From assembly GCF_009914755.1 (NCBI RefSeq), contig NC_060947.1: a DNA stretch of 64,000 nt; one strand, 5' to 3'. The notes under the pieces were generated by a model. The model had not been told where the DNA came from. It saw only the letters and a list, made by a program, of their open reading frames with translations, and ran no database searches. The stretch's first letter is position 1. Every line of letters starts with the position of its first letter. This stretch comes from the human T2T-CHM13v2.0 reference genome, Homo sapiens. Position numbers and translations under genes: made by a program. Shown piece after piece: positions 1 to 14,415 of the stretch.

Positions 1-305
1 GGACTTACTATTGCCATTTTGTTGATTGTTTTCTACATGTCTTGTGGCTTTTTGTTCTTCAATTTTTCTCTTAATGTCTTTTTGTGTTTTGTGGACTTTT
101 TTTAGAGTAGCATGTTTTGATTCCCTTCACACATTTTCTTTTATGTGTGTTCTATAGATACTTCCTTTATGGTTGCTATTGCAATATATCACATATCTTA
201 AGGTTATAGCATTCTGTTTCAAGCTGATAACTATTTTAATAACATGCAAAAATTCTACACCTATACATAATCCCCACTTTATAGTATTGCTGTTATAAAT
301 TATTT
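1..305 (-). mobile_element. Old L1M fragment (ORF1/ORF2 boundary region), cut by window edge
   Basis: T-rich antisense L1 text (ggacttactattgccattttgttgattgtttt...gctgataac); recognised from memory of L1M consensus. Confidence 0.6.
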
Positions 306-449
306 ATATGTATATTGGTTTTTTTCTCTAGGAACCCTGACTAATACAACCACTCTTAGTCGCACACAAATATCAAATATCTCTTCTATGTGAGGTATAG
401 TTGGTAATCTGGCTATATTTCTATTTTATGGATGACAGCACTAAGACAC

Positions 450-922
450 AGGCAGGTTATGTACTTGGCAGATGCAGAGACGTCTGCTTCACTCTTTCTT
501 TTTAAAAAAACTGCTTGCTTAGTTGCAGGGAGCATAGTAGCTGACAGCTTCCAGATAATTGTTTTTTTTTCTGGTTCTTCCACAGCTGTCAAGCTAAGAT
601 TACACTCTTCTCTGGGCTAATATGGCAAGTGACTTAACAATGAAGTAGTAGGCAAGGTTAAAATCTGTTTGGGGAAGCTCCAAGGCAAGATGATGGCCCA
701 TTGTATCTTTCCAACAGAATTTATCTATAATGCAGTCTTTGATACAGATCTCTCTGTTGGGCAACCAGAGACTTTGTAAGGTCTACATCCTGATCTGATG
801 GCTCCCATTGCTCTGTTCTGTTTCTTCTCTTTTTTTTCTTTTGACAGGTATTACTCTCTAATCAACCATTTGCACCCCTAACTCTGGCTCAGCATTTTAC
901 TTCTGGAGAACCCAGCTAACAC
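450..922 (+). mobile_element. Old ERVL LTR (LTR16-like); a short MLT2-type LTR 3' end lies at ~315-348
   Basis: 3' end ttgcacccctaactctggctcagc...ttctggagaacccagctaacaca resembles LTR16; ggaaccctgactaataca at ~331-348 is an MLT2 terminus. Confidence 0.5.
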
Positions 923-3328
923 AGGTACCCACCCAGTTGTACACAATTATTGGCAGTTGATTGAAGAGTACAGATTAACAATAATATCACCATGCTTATG
1001 TATTGCTATATTTTAAAATAATATTGTATGTTGTCTCTAGTGAAGAGGGAAAGCATTCATTTTCATTAATTTGGCAAATATATATTGAACACTTATGCAT
1101 GCTTGAGTAGAGCTTGTCATCTAATGTTCTTGGTACAGCTGAGTTCACGGTGGCCCAGAAAAGTGACTCATACACATCAGAGCTGGAAAGACACTTCAGG
1201 TATTCTAATTCTTAGCTACAGTATACTTTTTACTTTAGTATATTGCCTCAGTGTTTATGTTTGATATACCACTGCTGCTTGCATTACTTGTTTTTGGCCT
1301 TCAAGTGTTCCCCAGACAAAAAGCTACACTGCCTTTTTTACTACAGTTATAGATTATTGCCCAACCCCACAAACTTTTTTAAAAATATTAATGTTTAGAA
1401 CCAAAGAAGAAAATCCTGTGACTTTTTACATGGGAAATGACATAAATCTACTGAAGCTTTTTAGTTACACCAGTTGCTTTACAGAGCAATTCTAAGTTTT
1501 CACAATTATTATGAATAGCAGTGCCTTTTACTGCAGTGATTGCTATTCAACTGTTTTTAATAGAGTTTTAAGACCTTTCTAGAAGCAGCCTTTTGTCCCC
1601 TAAGATTTGAGAGTTCTTTAGAATGTTCATTAATTCAATTAGTTCTTTTTGACACTGATTCTACATTATTAAGGTAAGGAGTAACAAAAGGTTTGGGATG
1701 CCCCTATTTTGTGGCCATGTTATTTTGACTGAGGCTTCAGTGACCTTACTCTCTTCTCTCCTTGTATATGTAATGTAGAGTGATTTTTCTATACATGTAA
1801 AGCTAAATTGTTCTAAAGAAAAATGTAAATGACTGATTTGCTTTTTCTGGCAGAATTTAAAGTTTTATTGCCAATATTTAGGATAATTTAGACTACAGTA
1901 AACGACGACACAGGGAAATCAATCCATTTTACTAAATAAATGCAGATTAGGTATAAAGTATATAACTGTTGTTTGATAGGTAGCTAGGCAATTAGACAAT
2001 TAGAGCTGAATGGCATTTTATCACTGAAAAAAAAAAAACTAGAGTACAGTATACAAGGATGATCAGTAAAACCAAAACAAATTTATATTATGCTCTTTGG
2101 GTGGCTTCATATGAGATGGTAGCTTTATATTCAATCAATACAAATAGATACCATTTATAAAATGCAAACTGATACACATTTATCATTTCATATTCCCAAA
2201 AATCAGATTTTAGCTTGCTATTGTTGATATAATTTTGGTGTAGAAAAATTTTTTTAAATTATGAATTGTCTTTGCAACCCTAAGAGAAATATACATTATT
2301 AATTAACATAAATTTAAATTTGTTTGAGTAAAAATGTAAGTGTTCATTAAAAAAATTTATAGATTATCTGCTATGTACCAAACACTCTTATAAGATAAAT
2401 GCATTTGTGTGAGCAACTTTCATCAGCCTTTCTTTAAATTACAAAAACAATATTATTTTACTGACTTGCAAAATAAAATGTCTTAATTGCTATTGATAGC
2501 ATCAAACAATATGTATTTATAGCACAAATATTCTATACTATAGTAGTTATAGACAAATATTAAATATGGTTTTGAAATGCATGAGGTTTAGAATATATTT
2601 GGAGAACAAAATAATTTCATATCCCAACCAGGGCATGTTGGAAGGCTGGTCATAACTAGGTTTTTGATTGTCTAGCAAAGTTTACTTTAAGCCTTGATAG
2701 TTTAGTGATTTTGGGGGACAAAACGGAAAAGCATAGCTTTAATTATGACAGTTGCAATAGATATTTCTTAGATGAGTAAGTAAATGTAAGAGTACTTAGA
2801 TCATTAATATTTACATTTGTATATGACTTTAATATACCTTTCTTCATCTGTTTTCTGCTGCCATAACAGAACACCAGGCTGAGTAATTAATAATAATCAG
2901 AAACTTACTTGGCTAACAGTACTAGAGACCTGGAAGTCCAAGAGCATGTCACTAGCATTGGTGAGGGACTTCATGTTGCATTATCCCGTGGCAAAGGTGG
3001 AAAGGCAAGCAACTGGATAAGACAGAAAGAATGATGGTCTAACTTTATCCTTAAATCAAGAGACCATTACACTGATAACTGCATAAACCATTCATGAGGG
3101 CAGACCCCCTATGACTTAATCACCCCTTAAAGATCCCACCTCTTAAAAGCAACACAAGGCCAAGTAAATTTCAATATAAGTTTGAGAGTCACTGTTCAAA
3201 TGATACCATTCTGATCCTAGCTACTCAAAACTCATACACAAAACACATTCATTTCATCCCAGTAGCTCCCAAATCTTAATTCAGTCCATTACCAACTCAA
3301 AGGTTGAAAGTATATAAAGTCTCATTTA

Positions 3329-4875
<1,547 letters not shown>

Positions 4876-4889
4876 TAAATCAGATATCG

Positions 4890-5187
4890 GGCCAGGCATG
4901 GTGGCTCATGCCTGCAATCTCAGCAATTTTGGAGGCCATGGTGGGAGGATTACTCGAGCTCAGAAGTTTGAGACCAGTCTGAGCAACACAGGGAGATCTC
5001 ATCTGTACAAAATTATTAAAAAAATTAGCCAGACATGGTACACATCTGTGGTCTCAGCTACTTGGGAGGCTGAGGTAGGAGAATCACTTGAGCCCAGGAG
5101 TTCAAGAATTCAGTGAGCTGTGATAGCACCACTTCACTCCAGCCTGGGCCACAGAGTAAAATCTGGTCTCAAAAAATTAAATAAATA
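4890..5187 (+). mobile_element. Alu (AluJ-like)
   Basis: Dimeric Alu with J-type ggaggattactcgagc and cttgagcccaggagttcaag; A-rich tail. Confidence 0.9.
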
Positions 5188-6818
5188 AGCCAGAATGAGT
5201 GAGACTAAGTCATGATTCATTCTGAGAAAAATTCCCTACATCTATAAGCTTGTGAAATCAAAATAAGTTATCTACTTTCAAAATATAATGGTGGGACATG
5301 CATAGAATAGACATTCACATCCCATAATAGAGAAATAGGCAAGAAAAGACAGACAACTTGTCCCAAATAAGTCCCAAACCCAACAGGACAAACAACATTA
5401 AGTTTTAAAGTTAGAGAAAAATCCCATTTGAATTCACATCTCACATCCTGGAAACACTGTTGTAGTGTTTAACCTCCAAGGCCTCAGGAAACCTCTCCCC
5501 TGTGATGAAACTGGTCTCAGCCTGTGCAGCCGTTCTTACAGGTTGGAGTTGCAAGCTGGTGGCCCTGCAGTTGTTTGGTCTCTGAGGTGGTCTCACTCCC
5601 ATCATTCCACTAGGCATTGCCCTAGTGTGGACTCTCCGTGGCAGCTCCAACCTCGCTTTTTTGCTTAGCATTTCCCCAGTAGGCCCTCTATGTGGTGGCT
5701 CCATTCTACGGTAATTTTCTTCCTGGGTCCACAGGTCATCTGTGGGCCTTAAAATCAAGGTGGAAGAAGCCCCCTTAACTCTTGCATTCTCCATTCCTGC
5801 AAAATTAGTTTCATATGGACATTGCCAAAGCTTACTGCTTGTACATTCTGAAGCAGAGGGTTGAGCTGAACCTGAGCCCACTGGAATAATCACTGAAGCA
5901 GCCAAGGAGTTCTTTGCTGGAATGCAAGGGCTAGAGACCCAAGTTAGCTCTGGGCAGTGAGACCATGGAAGACCTGTCCTTGGAATCCATCCTGCCCTCC
6001 TAGAGCTCTGAGCATGTGATGAGAGGGGCAGCCTGGAAGATCTCTGAAATTCCTTTGGATTCTTTCTCCCATTGTTCTAATAAAGAGACTTTGGTTTTGT
6101 ACTATTCAAAGCAATCTCCTTATCAAATGGTTAATTAGCCAGACCTTTAGTTTGCGCTCCTAAACAGGCCTTTTTACATTTCACATGGCCAATCAGAAAA
6201 TTTTCAAAGTCTTTTCATTCTGCTTTTCTTTTAATTATAAATTTAATATTTAAGTCATTTTTTTCTCTTGCATCCCACTCTATGTAGTTAAAATTAGCCA
6301 CAGAGCAGGCTGAATGTTTTGCTGCTTAGATATTTTTTTCCACCAGATATCCTATTTTATCACTCTTAAGTTGTGCATTTCATAAACTCTTGGGACGTGG
6401 ACACAATTCTTCCAAGTTCTTTGAAAATGTGTAACAAATATAGACTTTACTCCAGTTTCCGATATGAGGTTCTTTATTTGCATCTGAAACCTCATCAGAA
6501 AGGCCTTTACTGTCCATATTTCTACTCATATTCTGGTTACAACCAAGCAAATAATCACTGAGAAGATTCAGACTTTCCCTACAGCTCTCCTCTTCTGAGT
6601 CCTCTCCAAAATTGTCCTTCTTTCCCCATTCACTGCAATACAGGCTTTTACTAGCCTGCTCTTCTAAATTTTTCCAGCCTCTGCCCATTACCTGGTTCCA
6701 AAACTGCTTCCATGTTTGCAGGTATTTCTTATAGCAACAGCCCCACTTTTTGATACCAATTTTCTGCCTTCTTCCATTTTCTAATGCTATAACTGAATAC
6801 CACAGAATAGGTAATTTA

Positions 6819-9800
6819 CTTATGTTTTTAAAATATACTTTAAGTTCTGGGATACATTTGCAGAACGTGCAGGTTTTTTACATAGTTATATATGTGCCAA
6901 GGTGATTTGCTGTACCTATCAACCAGCCATTTACATTAGGTATTTCTCCTAATGCTATCCCTTCCCTAGCCCCGAAACGCATGACAAGGCCCAGTGTAGG
7001 ATGTTCCCCTCCCTGTGTCCATGTGTTCTCATTGTTCAACTCCCACTTATGAGTGAGAACATGTGGTGTTTGTTTTTCTGTTCTTGTGTTAGTTTGCTGA
7101 GCATGATGGTTTTCAGTTTCATCCATGTCCCTGCAAAGGACATGAACTCATCCTTTTTTATGGCTGCATAGTATTCCATGATGCATATGTGCCACATTTT
7201 CTTTATTCAGTCTATCATTGATGGGCATTTGGGTTGGTTCCAAGTCTTCGCTATTGTGAACAGTGCTGCAATAAACATACATGTGCATATGTCTTTATAG
7301 TAGAATGATTTATAATCCTTTGGGTATATATTCAGTAATGGGATTGCTGGATCAAATGGTATTTCTGGTTCTAGATCCTTGAGGAATCGCCACACTGTCT
7401 TCCACAATGGTTGAACTAATTTACGCTCCCACCAACAGTGTAAAAACGTTCCTATTTCTTCATATCCTCTCCAGCATCTGTTGTTTCTTGACTTTTTAAT
7501 GATTGCTATTCTAACTGGTGTGAGATGGTATCTCATTGTGGTTTTGATTTGCATTTCTCTAATGACCAGTGATGATGAGCTTTTTTTCATGTTTGTTGAC
7601 CACATAAAGGTCTTCTTTTGAGAAGTGTCTGTTCATATCCTTCGTCCACTTTCTGATGAGGTTGTTTGTTTTGTTCTTATAAATGTGTTTAAGTTCTTTG
7701 TAGATTCTGGATATTAGCCCTTTGTCAGATGGAGAGATTGCAAAAATTTTTCTCCCATTCTGTAGGTTGTCTTTTCACTCTGATGAGAGTTTCTTTTGCT
7801 GTGCAGAAGCTCTTTAGTTTAATTAGATCCCGTTTGTCAATTTTGGCTTTTGTTACCTTTGCTTTTGGTGTTTTAGTCATGAAGTCTTTGCTCATGCCTA
7901 TGTCCTGAATGGTATTGCCTAGGTTTTCTTCTAGGATTTTTATGGTTTTAGGTCTTACATTTAAGTCTTTGATCTATCTTGAGTTAATTTTTGTATAAGG
8001 TGTATGGAAGGGGTCCAGTTTTAGTTTTCTGCATATGGCCAGCCAGTTTTCCCAACACCATTTATTAAGTAGGAAATCCTTTCCCCATTGCTTGTGTGTG
8101 TCAGGTTTGTCAAAGATCAGATTGTTGTAGATGTGTGTTGTTATTTCTGAGGCCTCTGTTCTGTTCCGTTGGTCTATATATCTCTTTTGGTACCAGTACC
8201 ATGCTGTTTTTGTTCCCATAGCCTTGTAGTATAGTTTGAAGTCAGCTGGCATGATTCCTCCAGCTTTGTTCTTTTTGCTAAGGGATAGAGGAATATTTAC
8301 CAAACAAATGGAAGGCAAGAAAAAAGCAGGGGTTGCAGTCCTAGTCTCTGATAAAAGAGACTTTAAACCAACAAAAATCAAAAAAGACAAAAAAGCACAT
8401 TACATAATGGCAAAGGGATCAATGCAACAAGAAGAGCTAACTATCCTAAACATGTATGCACCCAATACAGGAGCACCCAGATTCATAAAGCAAGTTCTTA
8501 GAGACATACAAAGAAACTTAGACTCCCACAGAATAATAGTCAGAGACTTTAACACCCCACTGTAAGTATTAGACAGATCAATGAGACAGAAAATTAGCAA
8601 GGATATTCAGGATTTGAACTCAGCTTTGAACCAAGTGGACCCAATAGATATCTACAGAACTCTCCACCCCAAATCAACAGAATATACATTCTTCTCAGCA
8701 CCTCATTGCACTTATTCTAAAATTGACCACATAATTGGAAGTAAAGCACTCCTCAGCAAATGCGAAAGAATGGAAATCATAACAAACAGTCTCTCAGACA
8801 ACAATGCAAACAAAATAGAACTAAGGATTAAGAAACTCACTCAAAACCACACGACTACATGGAAACTGAACAACCTTCTCCTGAATAACTACTGGGTAAA
8901 TAACAAAATTAAGGCAGAAATAAATAAGTTCTTTGAAACCAATGAGAACAAAGACAAAACATAGCAGAATCTCTGGGACACAGCTAAAGCAGTGTGTAGA
9001 GGAAAATTTATAGCACTAAATGCCAACAAGGAAAATCAGGGAAGACCTAAAATCAACACCCTAACAACACAAAGAAAAGAATTAGAGAAGGAAGAACAAA
9101 CAAATTCAAAATCTAGCAGAAGACAAGAAATAACTAAGGTCAGAGCAGAACTAAAGGAGATAGAGACACAAAAAAATGTTTCAAAAAATCAATGAATCTA
9201 GGAGCTGGTTTTTTGAAAAGATCAACAAAATAAATAGTCCACTAGCAAGATTAATAAAGAAGAAAAGAGAGAAGAATCAAATAGACACAATAAAAAATAA
9301 TAAAGGGGATATCACCACTGATCCCACAGAAATTCAAACTATCATCAGAGAATACTATAAATATCTCTACACAAATAAACTAGAAACTCTAGAAGAAATG
9401 GATAAGTTCATGGACACATCCACCACCCCCAAGACTAAACCAGGAAGAAATTGAATTCCTGAATAGATCAATAACAAGTTCTGAAATTGAGACAGTAATT
9501 AATAGCCTACCAACCAAAAAAAGCCCAGGACCAGATGGATTCACACCCAAATTCTACCAGAAGTACAAAGAGGAGCTAGTACCATTCCTTCTGAAACTAT
9601 TCCAATCAACAGAAAAAGGGGAACTCCTCCCTAACTCATTTTATGAGGCCAGCATCATCCTGATACCAAAACCTGGCAGAGACACAACAAAAAAAGAATA
9701 TTTCAGGCCAATATCCCTGATGAATATCAATGCGAAAATCCTCAATAAAATGCTGGCAAACCGAATCCAGCAGCACATCAAAAGGCTTATCCACCACGAT

Positions 9801-9968
9801 CAAGTCAGCTTCATCCATGGGATGCAAGGCTGGTTCAACATTTGATTATGCAAATCAATAAGTGTAATCCATAACATAAAGAGAAACAATGGCAAAAACC
9901 ACATGATTATCTCAATAGATGCAGAAAAGGCCTTCAATAAAATTCAACACCCCTTCATACTAACAATT
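6819..9968 (-). mobile_element. Twin-primed L1PA (PA7/8-like): 3' part 6819-8280 on minus, inverted EN-RT part 8281-9968 on plus
   Basis: Strand switch at 8280/8281 in the ORF track; 16-bp TSD cagaataggtaattta 6803-6818 / cagagtaggtaattta 9969-9984. Confidence 0.93.
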
Positions 9969-10852
9969 CAGAGTAGGTAATTTATGAAGAACAGAAGATT
10001 ATTTGACTTATGGTTCTTGAGGCTGGGGAGTCAAAGGCATGGCACCAGCATCAGTGAGGGCCTTCATGCTGTGTTATCCCATGGTGGGAGGCAGAAGTGT
10101 AAGCAAACTCATGAGACTGAGAGCAAATCAGGGCCAAACTTCATCTTTTCATTAAGAGCTCACTGCTGTAATAAGAGCATTAATCCACTAATGAGGGGAG
10201 AACCTTTATTACCTAATCACCTATTAAAGGTCCCATCTCTTATTACCATCACAATGACAATTAAATTTCAACATGAGTTTTGGAGGTGGCACTCAAACCA
10301 CTGTAATATCCTATTAGACACAATTTTCATACCAATGTAGCAAGAAAGTATTGTATAGTAGTAAGCTATTTATTCACAAACAAACCTCCCTAGTGTAAAT
10401 AACATTCTGAAATTTTCAAGACATGTAATGTTTTTAATGTAACAGTGCTGCATGGTTTCAACTGAATACTTCCTGAATTTAGAAATTCATAGACATGTTT
10501 AAAGGGTGGAAGTAGTATAGGTATATTTGCATGAAAGACTGGTACCTTGTTTAAACACTCACTCAAAGGTTATAGAGAATATGGGTAGATAAACTTGATC
10601 CAAAAAATATAGTTCTGTCAGGACATAAGAAATGTGCTTCTCAATGTGTCATTTGCCTTCATTTCTATTCTTATATAGGCAATGTGAAAGAGCCATAGGA
10701 AGAAAAGGATGCAAGGAGAGATGTATATTAAATGTCTAAGGTAACATTTTATAAGGAAACCCAAGCAAAAGTAAAACCACTAAGGAGAAATCTAGGACTA
10801 CAATAAAGTTGATTCATACACAGGTTATTTTTGCTACCCTCTGTATTCTCAC

Positions 10853-10912
10853 CTGACACAATGCCTCGCACTTGGAAGGTACCACTCAATAAGTATTTGT
10901 GAAATGAATGCC
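10853..10912 (+). mobile_element. L2 3'-end fragment
   Basis: acaatgcctcgcacttggaaggtaccactcaataagtatttgtgaaatgaatg matches the L2 tail. Confidence 0.6.
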
Positions 10913-11047
10913 CTGAGACCTCCATGATCAACATTGGGAGTGACAAAGAAAGATGGCCTGTGAAAGATAGATCAGCTGTGATTTTTAAATAAGAAACATT
11001 TAACAGAAAATGTCATTATTAAGCAGTAAACTTTTCATCATATAGAA

Positions 11048-11365
11048 CAGTTTGGCTTTTTTATTATAAAAATAGTAAATATAGCAAATATTTTCAGCTT
11101 TGACAGCTATTGAGTGTCTGTTAAATCTACATAACTCTGCCTCTGTAACATAAAAGCAGCTGTAGACAATACAAAAACAAATGAGCATGAATCAATAAAA
11201 TTTCATATATGTGATCTGAGATTAGAATTTTATATGCTTTTCATATATGATGAAACATTATTTTTATTTTTTTCAACCATTTAAAAATATGACTATTATT
11301 CTTAGCTCATGGGCTACCAAAATGAGTCTGGATTTACCCTGAGGGCCATAGTTTGCTGATTCCTG
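11048..11365. mobile_element. MER58B-like hAT-Charlie MITE
   Basis: aaatattttcagcttt...aaagcagctgtagacaat...gggccatagtttgctgattcctg terminus. Confidence 0.75.
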
Positions 11366-12299
11366 ATATAGGCTATAGTTGTCACTATCAGAAAGCTACA
11401 AAATAGTTTACAAATTCAAATATAAAACTTAAGATTCATGATCATTGTGCTTTTGTCCATCCCTATGACTTAATTTTCTCTTTTAAAATGCTCTTTTTCT
11501 TTGTATTTTCTAGTGATCACTTTATTTGCTATTTCCAGAAATAAATGAAGCAAGGAAAGCACTTGATACCTTGATAGTTTTCAGAACGGATCTCTATCAT
11601 CTGAGATTAATAATATTTTTATATCTAGGAGGAAAGTTATTCAAATGCATTTCAATGAAGGCTTTATACTGAGCATATAATGACTCATTATTTAAATTTC
11701 AAAAATTGGGAGAATGCTTTTACTAAGTATTATATGAGGAAGGGAAAATGAATTATTTAGAACACAATAGTAATTATTGTACATGTAAAAATTATAGAAA
11801 CAAATTTATATAGCACAGGTTAGCATACCTTAATCTGCTAAACAAGTTAACAGGACATGTAATTTCTTTTTTTTTTTTTGCTGTTGTTTTACTATTAGTT
11901 GGTCATAAATCAGTGTATTTCATGACTGATAAATAACTCTGCTTGAGGAAATAAACTTTAATGTTGTATTAATGCAATGTATTTTATTCTCTAAAATAAA
12001 TGAATTTTTCTCTGTATGATTTATTTAAAACAACAGAGATACTTCTCTAGTTATAATATTTGAGTTCAGAGGCCATTGGAAGAATAATACAGATTTCAGT
12101 AGAAGGTTTTATGGTATGATTGAGTAAATATATCTATAAAATTTGAAACTATATTAATACTAATAATAGCAAGTAGAATGCACTTACCTTATTCAAATCA
12201 AATGGGACATAAAATCTAAACATTTTATACTAAATTACTTTTTAAATATACATTCTTTGGACTCTATATCTCCTTTCTATTACATTAGTTTAAATAATG

Positions 12300-12785
12300 C
12301 TTTTAACTTGAGGTGCACAAGTCTGTGGATATAATTCAGTCTGTTCATGCACTTGGATTGGGAAATGTTTACATCTTTATTTTAACTAACCTCTAACTGA
12401 AACTTATTACAGTGTTTCCTTCAATTATAAATGTAAGCAACAAGACACAGTAGTATTATCATCTGTGTAATCAATAGAAATGGCATGTATTCATAAATTG
12501 TAGTCCAGTTGTTGCAGCTATATCAAAATGTCATTTATATTAATTTATATGTTAAAATTACAGTTGTAATATGTTGATAAATATTACTATGCAAGTAATA
12601 CATTACTTCATTGTGTATTTTGAAATGTTTTAATAACTATATAATGCATCATTTTGTTTTCTTATTATATTTAAGTTTCTTTATTATTATGTTGTTGTAT
12701 TCCTTTAAGACTATTATTTTGAAACGAGTTTCATAGCCTTCACTAGCCTGCAAAAGGAGTCCATGGCACAAAAAATAATGTTACA
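12300..12785. mobile_element. hAT-Charlie relic (MER113-like)
   Basis: tacatctttattttaactaacctctaactgaa and terminal gcaaaaggagtccatggcacaaaaa motifs. Confidence 0.55.
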
Positions 12786-13214
12786 AGTTAGTTCTGATCC
12801 ACATTCTAAGTTAGCCCAAAATGGTGATGTGGAATCTTACAAACCAGTAAGTAGCCCTCTGTTACAGCATATTCTCTACAATTAAAATGATATAGAGATT
12901 ATTGCAATGAAGCCTTGCAGTGTTTCACTGATTTCAAACTATTCTGGGCTAACACCATTCTAAATCAATGCAGTTTACAACTATCAGAATTCAAAAGACC
13001 CACACAAATGAGTATTAACATCTGGTGTTCCTGCCTATATAACAAATTTTAGAGAAATATTTAATCTTTTCAAATATGAAAGTCCTCATCCAGTTAAAGT
13101 CTCTCCAAGCAGACAAGAAATAAAATATGGAGATATTTGATGTTCCAAAGTCAGTACTTTTGCTAACATTCCACAGTTGCATCTCAGTATTCTAATTCAT
13201 AAAATGAAAGGAAT

Positions 13215-13545
<331 letters not shown>

Positions 13546-14239
13546 TTAAAGAGGCTTTCAGCTTAAGAAGTATGTGATTCTATAATTACAATATCCCTGC
13601 TAATGGTAGGCAGATTCCATGTTAATCAAGAATAATCATTAATCTATAATCACTTTGGCTCCTCAAATTTGATGAGAATATCAATGCTAGACATTCAGTT
13701 TAATTCAAAACTGACCTGATAGCTGAAATTACAAGTAATAGAGATACCTGGTTCAATTTCCAAGCTTCTCATGTTTGTAGCAGACACTGCCAAGCTACAA
13801 AGGCAGAGATCCTTTGTGTGGAAACCTTTAAAATTATTTGTATTGACCAGTGATAATGAAACACTCTGGAAGGCTCCTTTTCAAGTTCTTACCAAATTAA
13901 AGATGTGCATTTTTTTGAGTTGTGGAAGTAAGAAGAAATTGTCCTACAGTAAATGGGAGTAGTTCTATAGGAGATAGTCATAGGAAGTCATTATTTAGCT
14001 TGAAGGCTAAATATAAGGAGGACAGAGAGAGAGGCTATTCCTTGATGGAAAAGGTAGAAGTGAGCCCATAACAATATATAATATTCTATTGAAAATTTTC
14101 TTAAACAATTTATCAGACAAGTTTTCTTTTCTCCCATGACACGAAAAAAATCATTTGAATTCTAAAATATTTATCACTTTGAGACCAGAACATTTTCTAG
14201 AAGGGTGAAAACCTCTTCCTCTATGGTATGGAAACCATT

Positions 14240-14415
14240 AGTGTTCAAGAAGTCAAGAAAGCGGTACCTTTGTCAGCCTGAGTCCTAGAGTTAGAGATTT
14301 TGGAGCAGAATATCCAGAAAACATTTGGAAATAAATATTTGTTTTCTATAAAGTACTAAAATTTGAAAGGTGGTTTGAAATTGCAGAAAAATCTAACATA
14401 TTATGACTGATACAC
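14240..14415 (+). mobile_element. Old MLT1-type LTR 3' end
   Basis: cagcctgagtcctagagt...aaataaatatttgtt...tgactgataca terminus. Confidence 0.55.

Noticed and set aside
5441-6688. 154-aa and 102-aa ORFs as host genes
   Set aside because: They lie in the MaLR internal region and are decayed remnants
7974-8565. Chimeric ORFs reading through the L1 inversion junction
   Set aside because: Accidental sense/antisense L1 fusions with non-ATG starts and no promoter evidence
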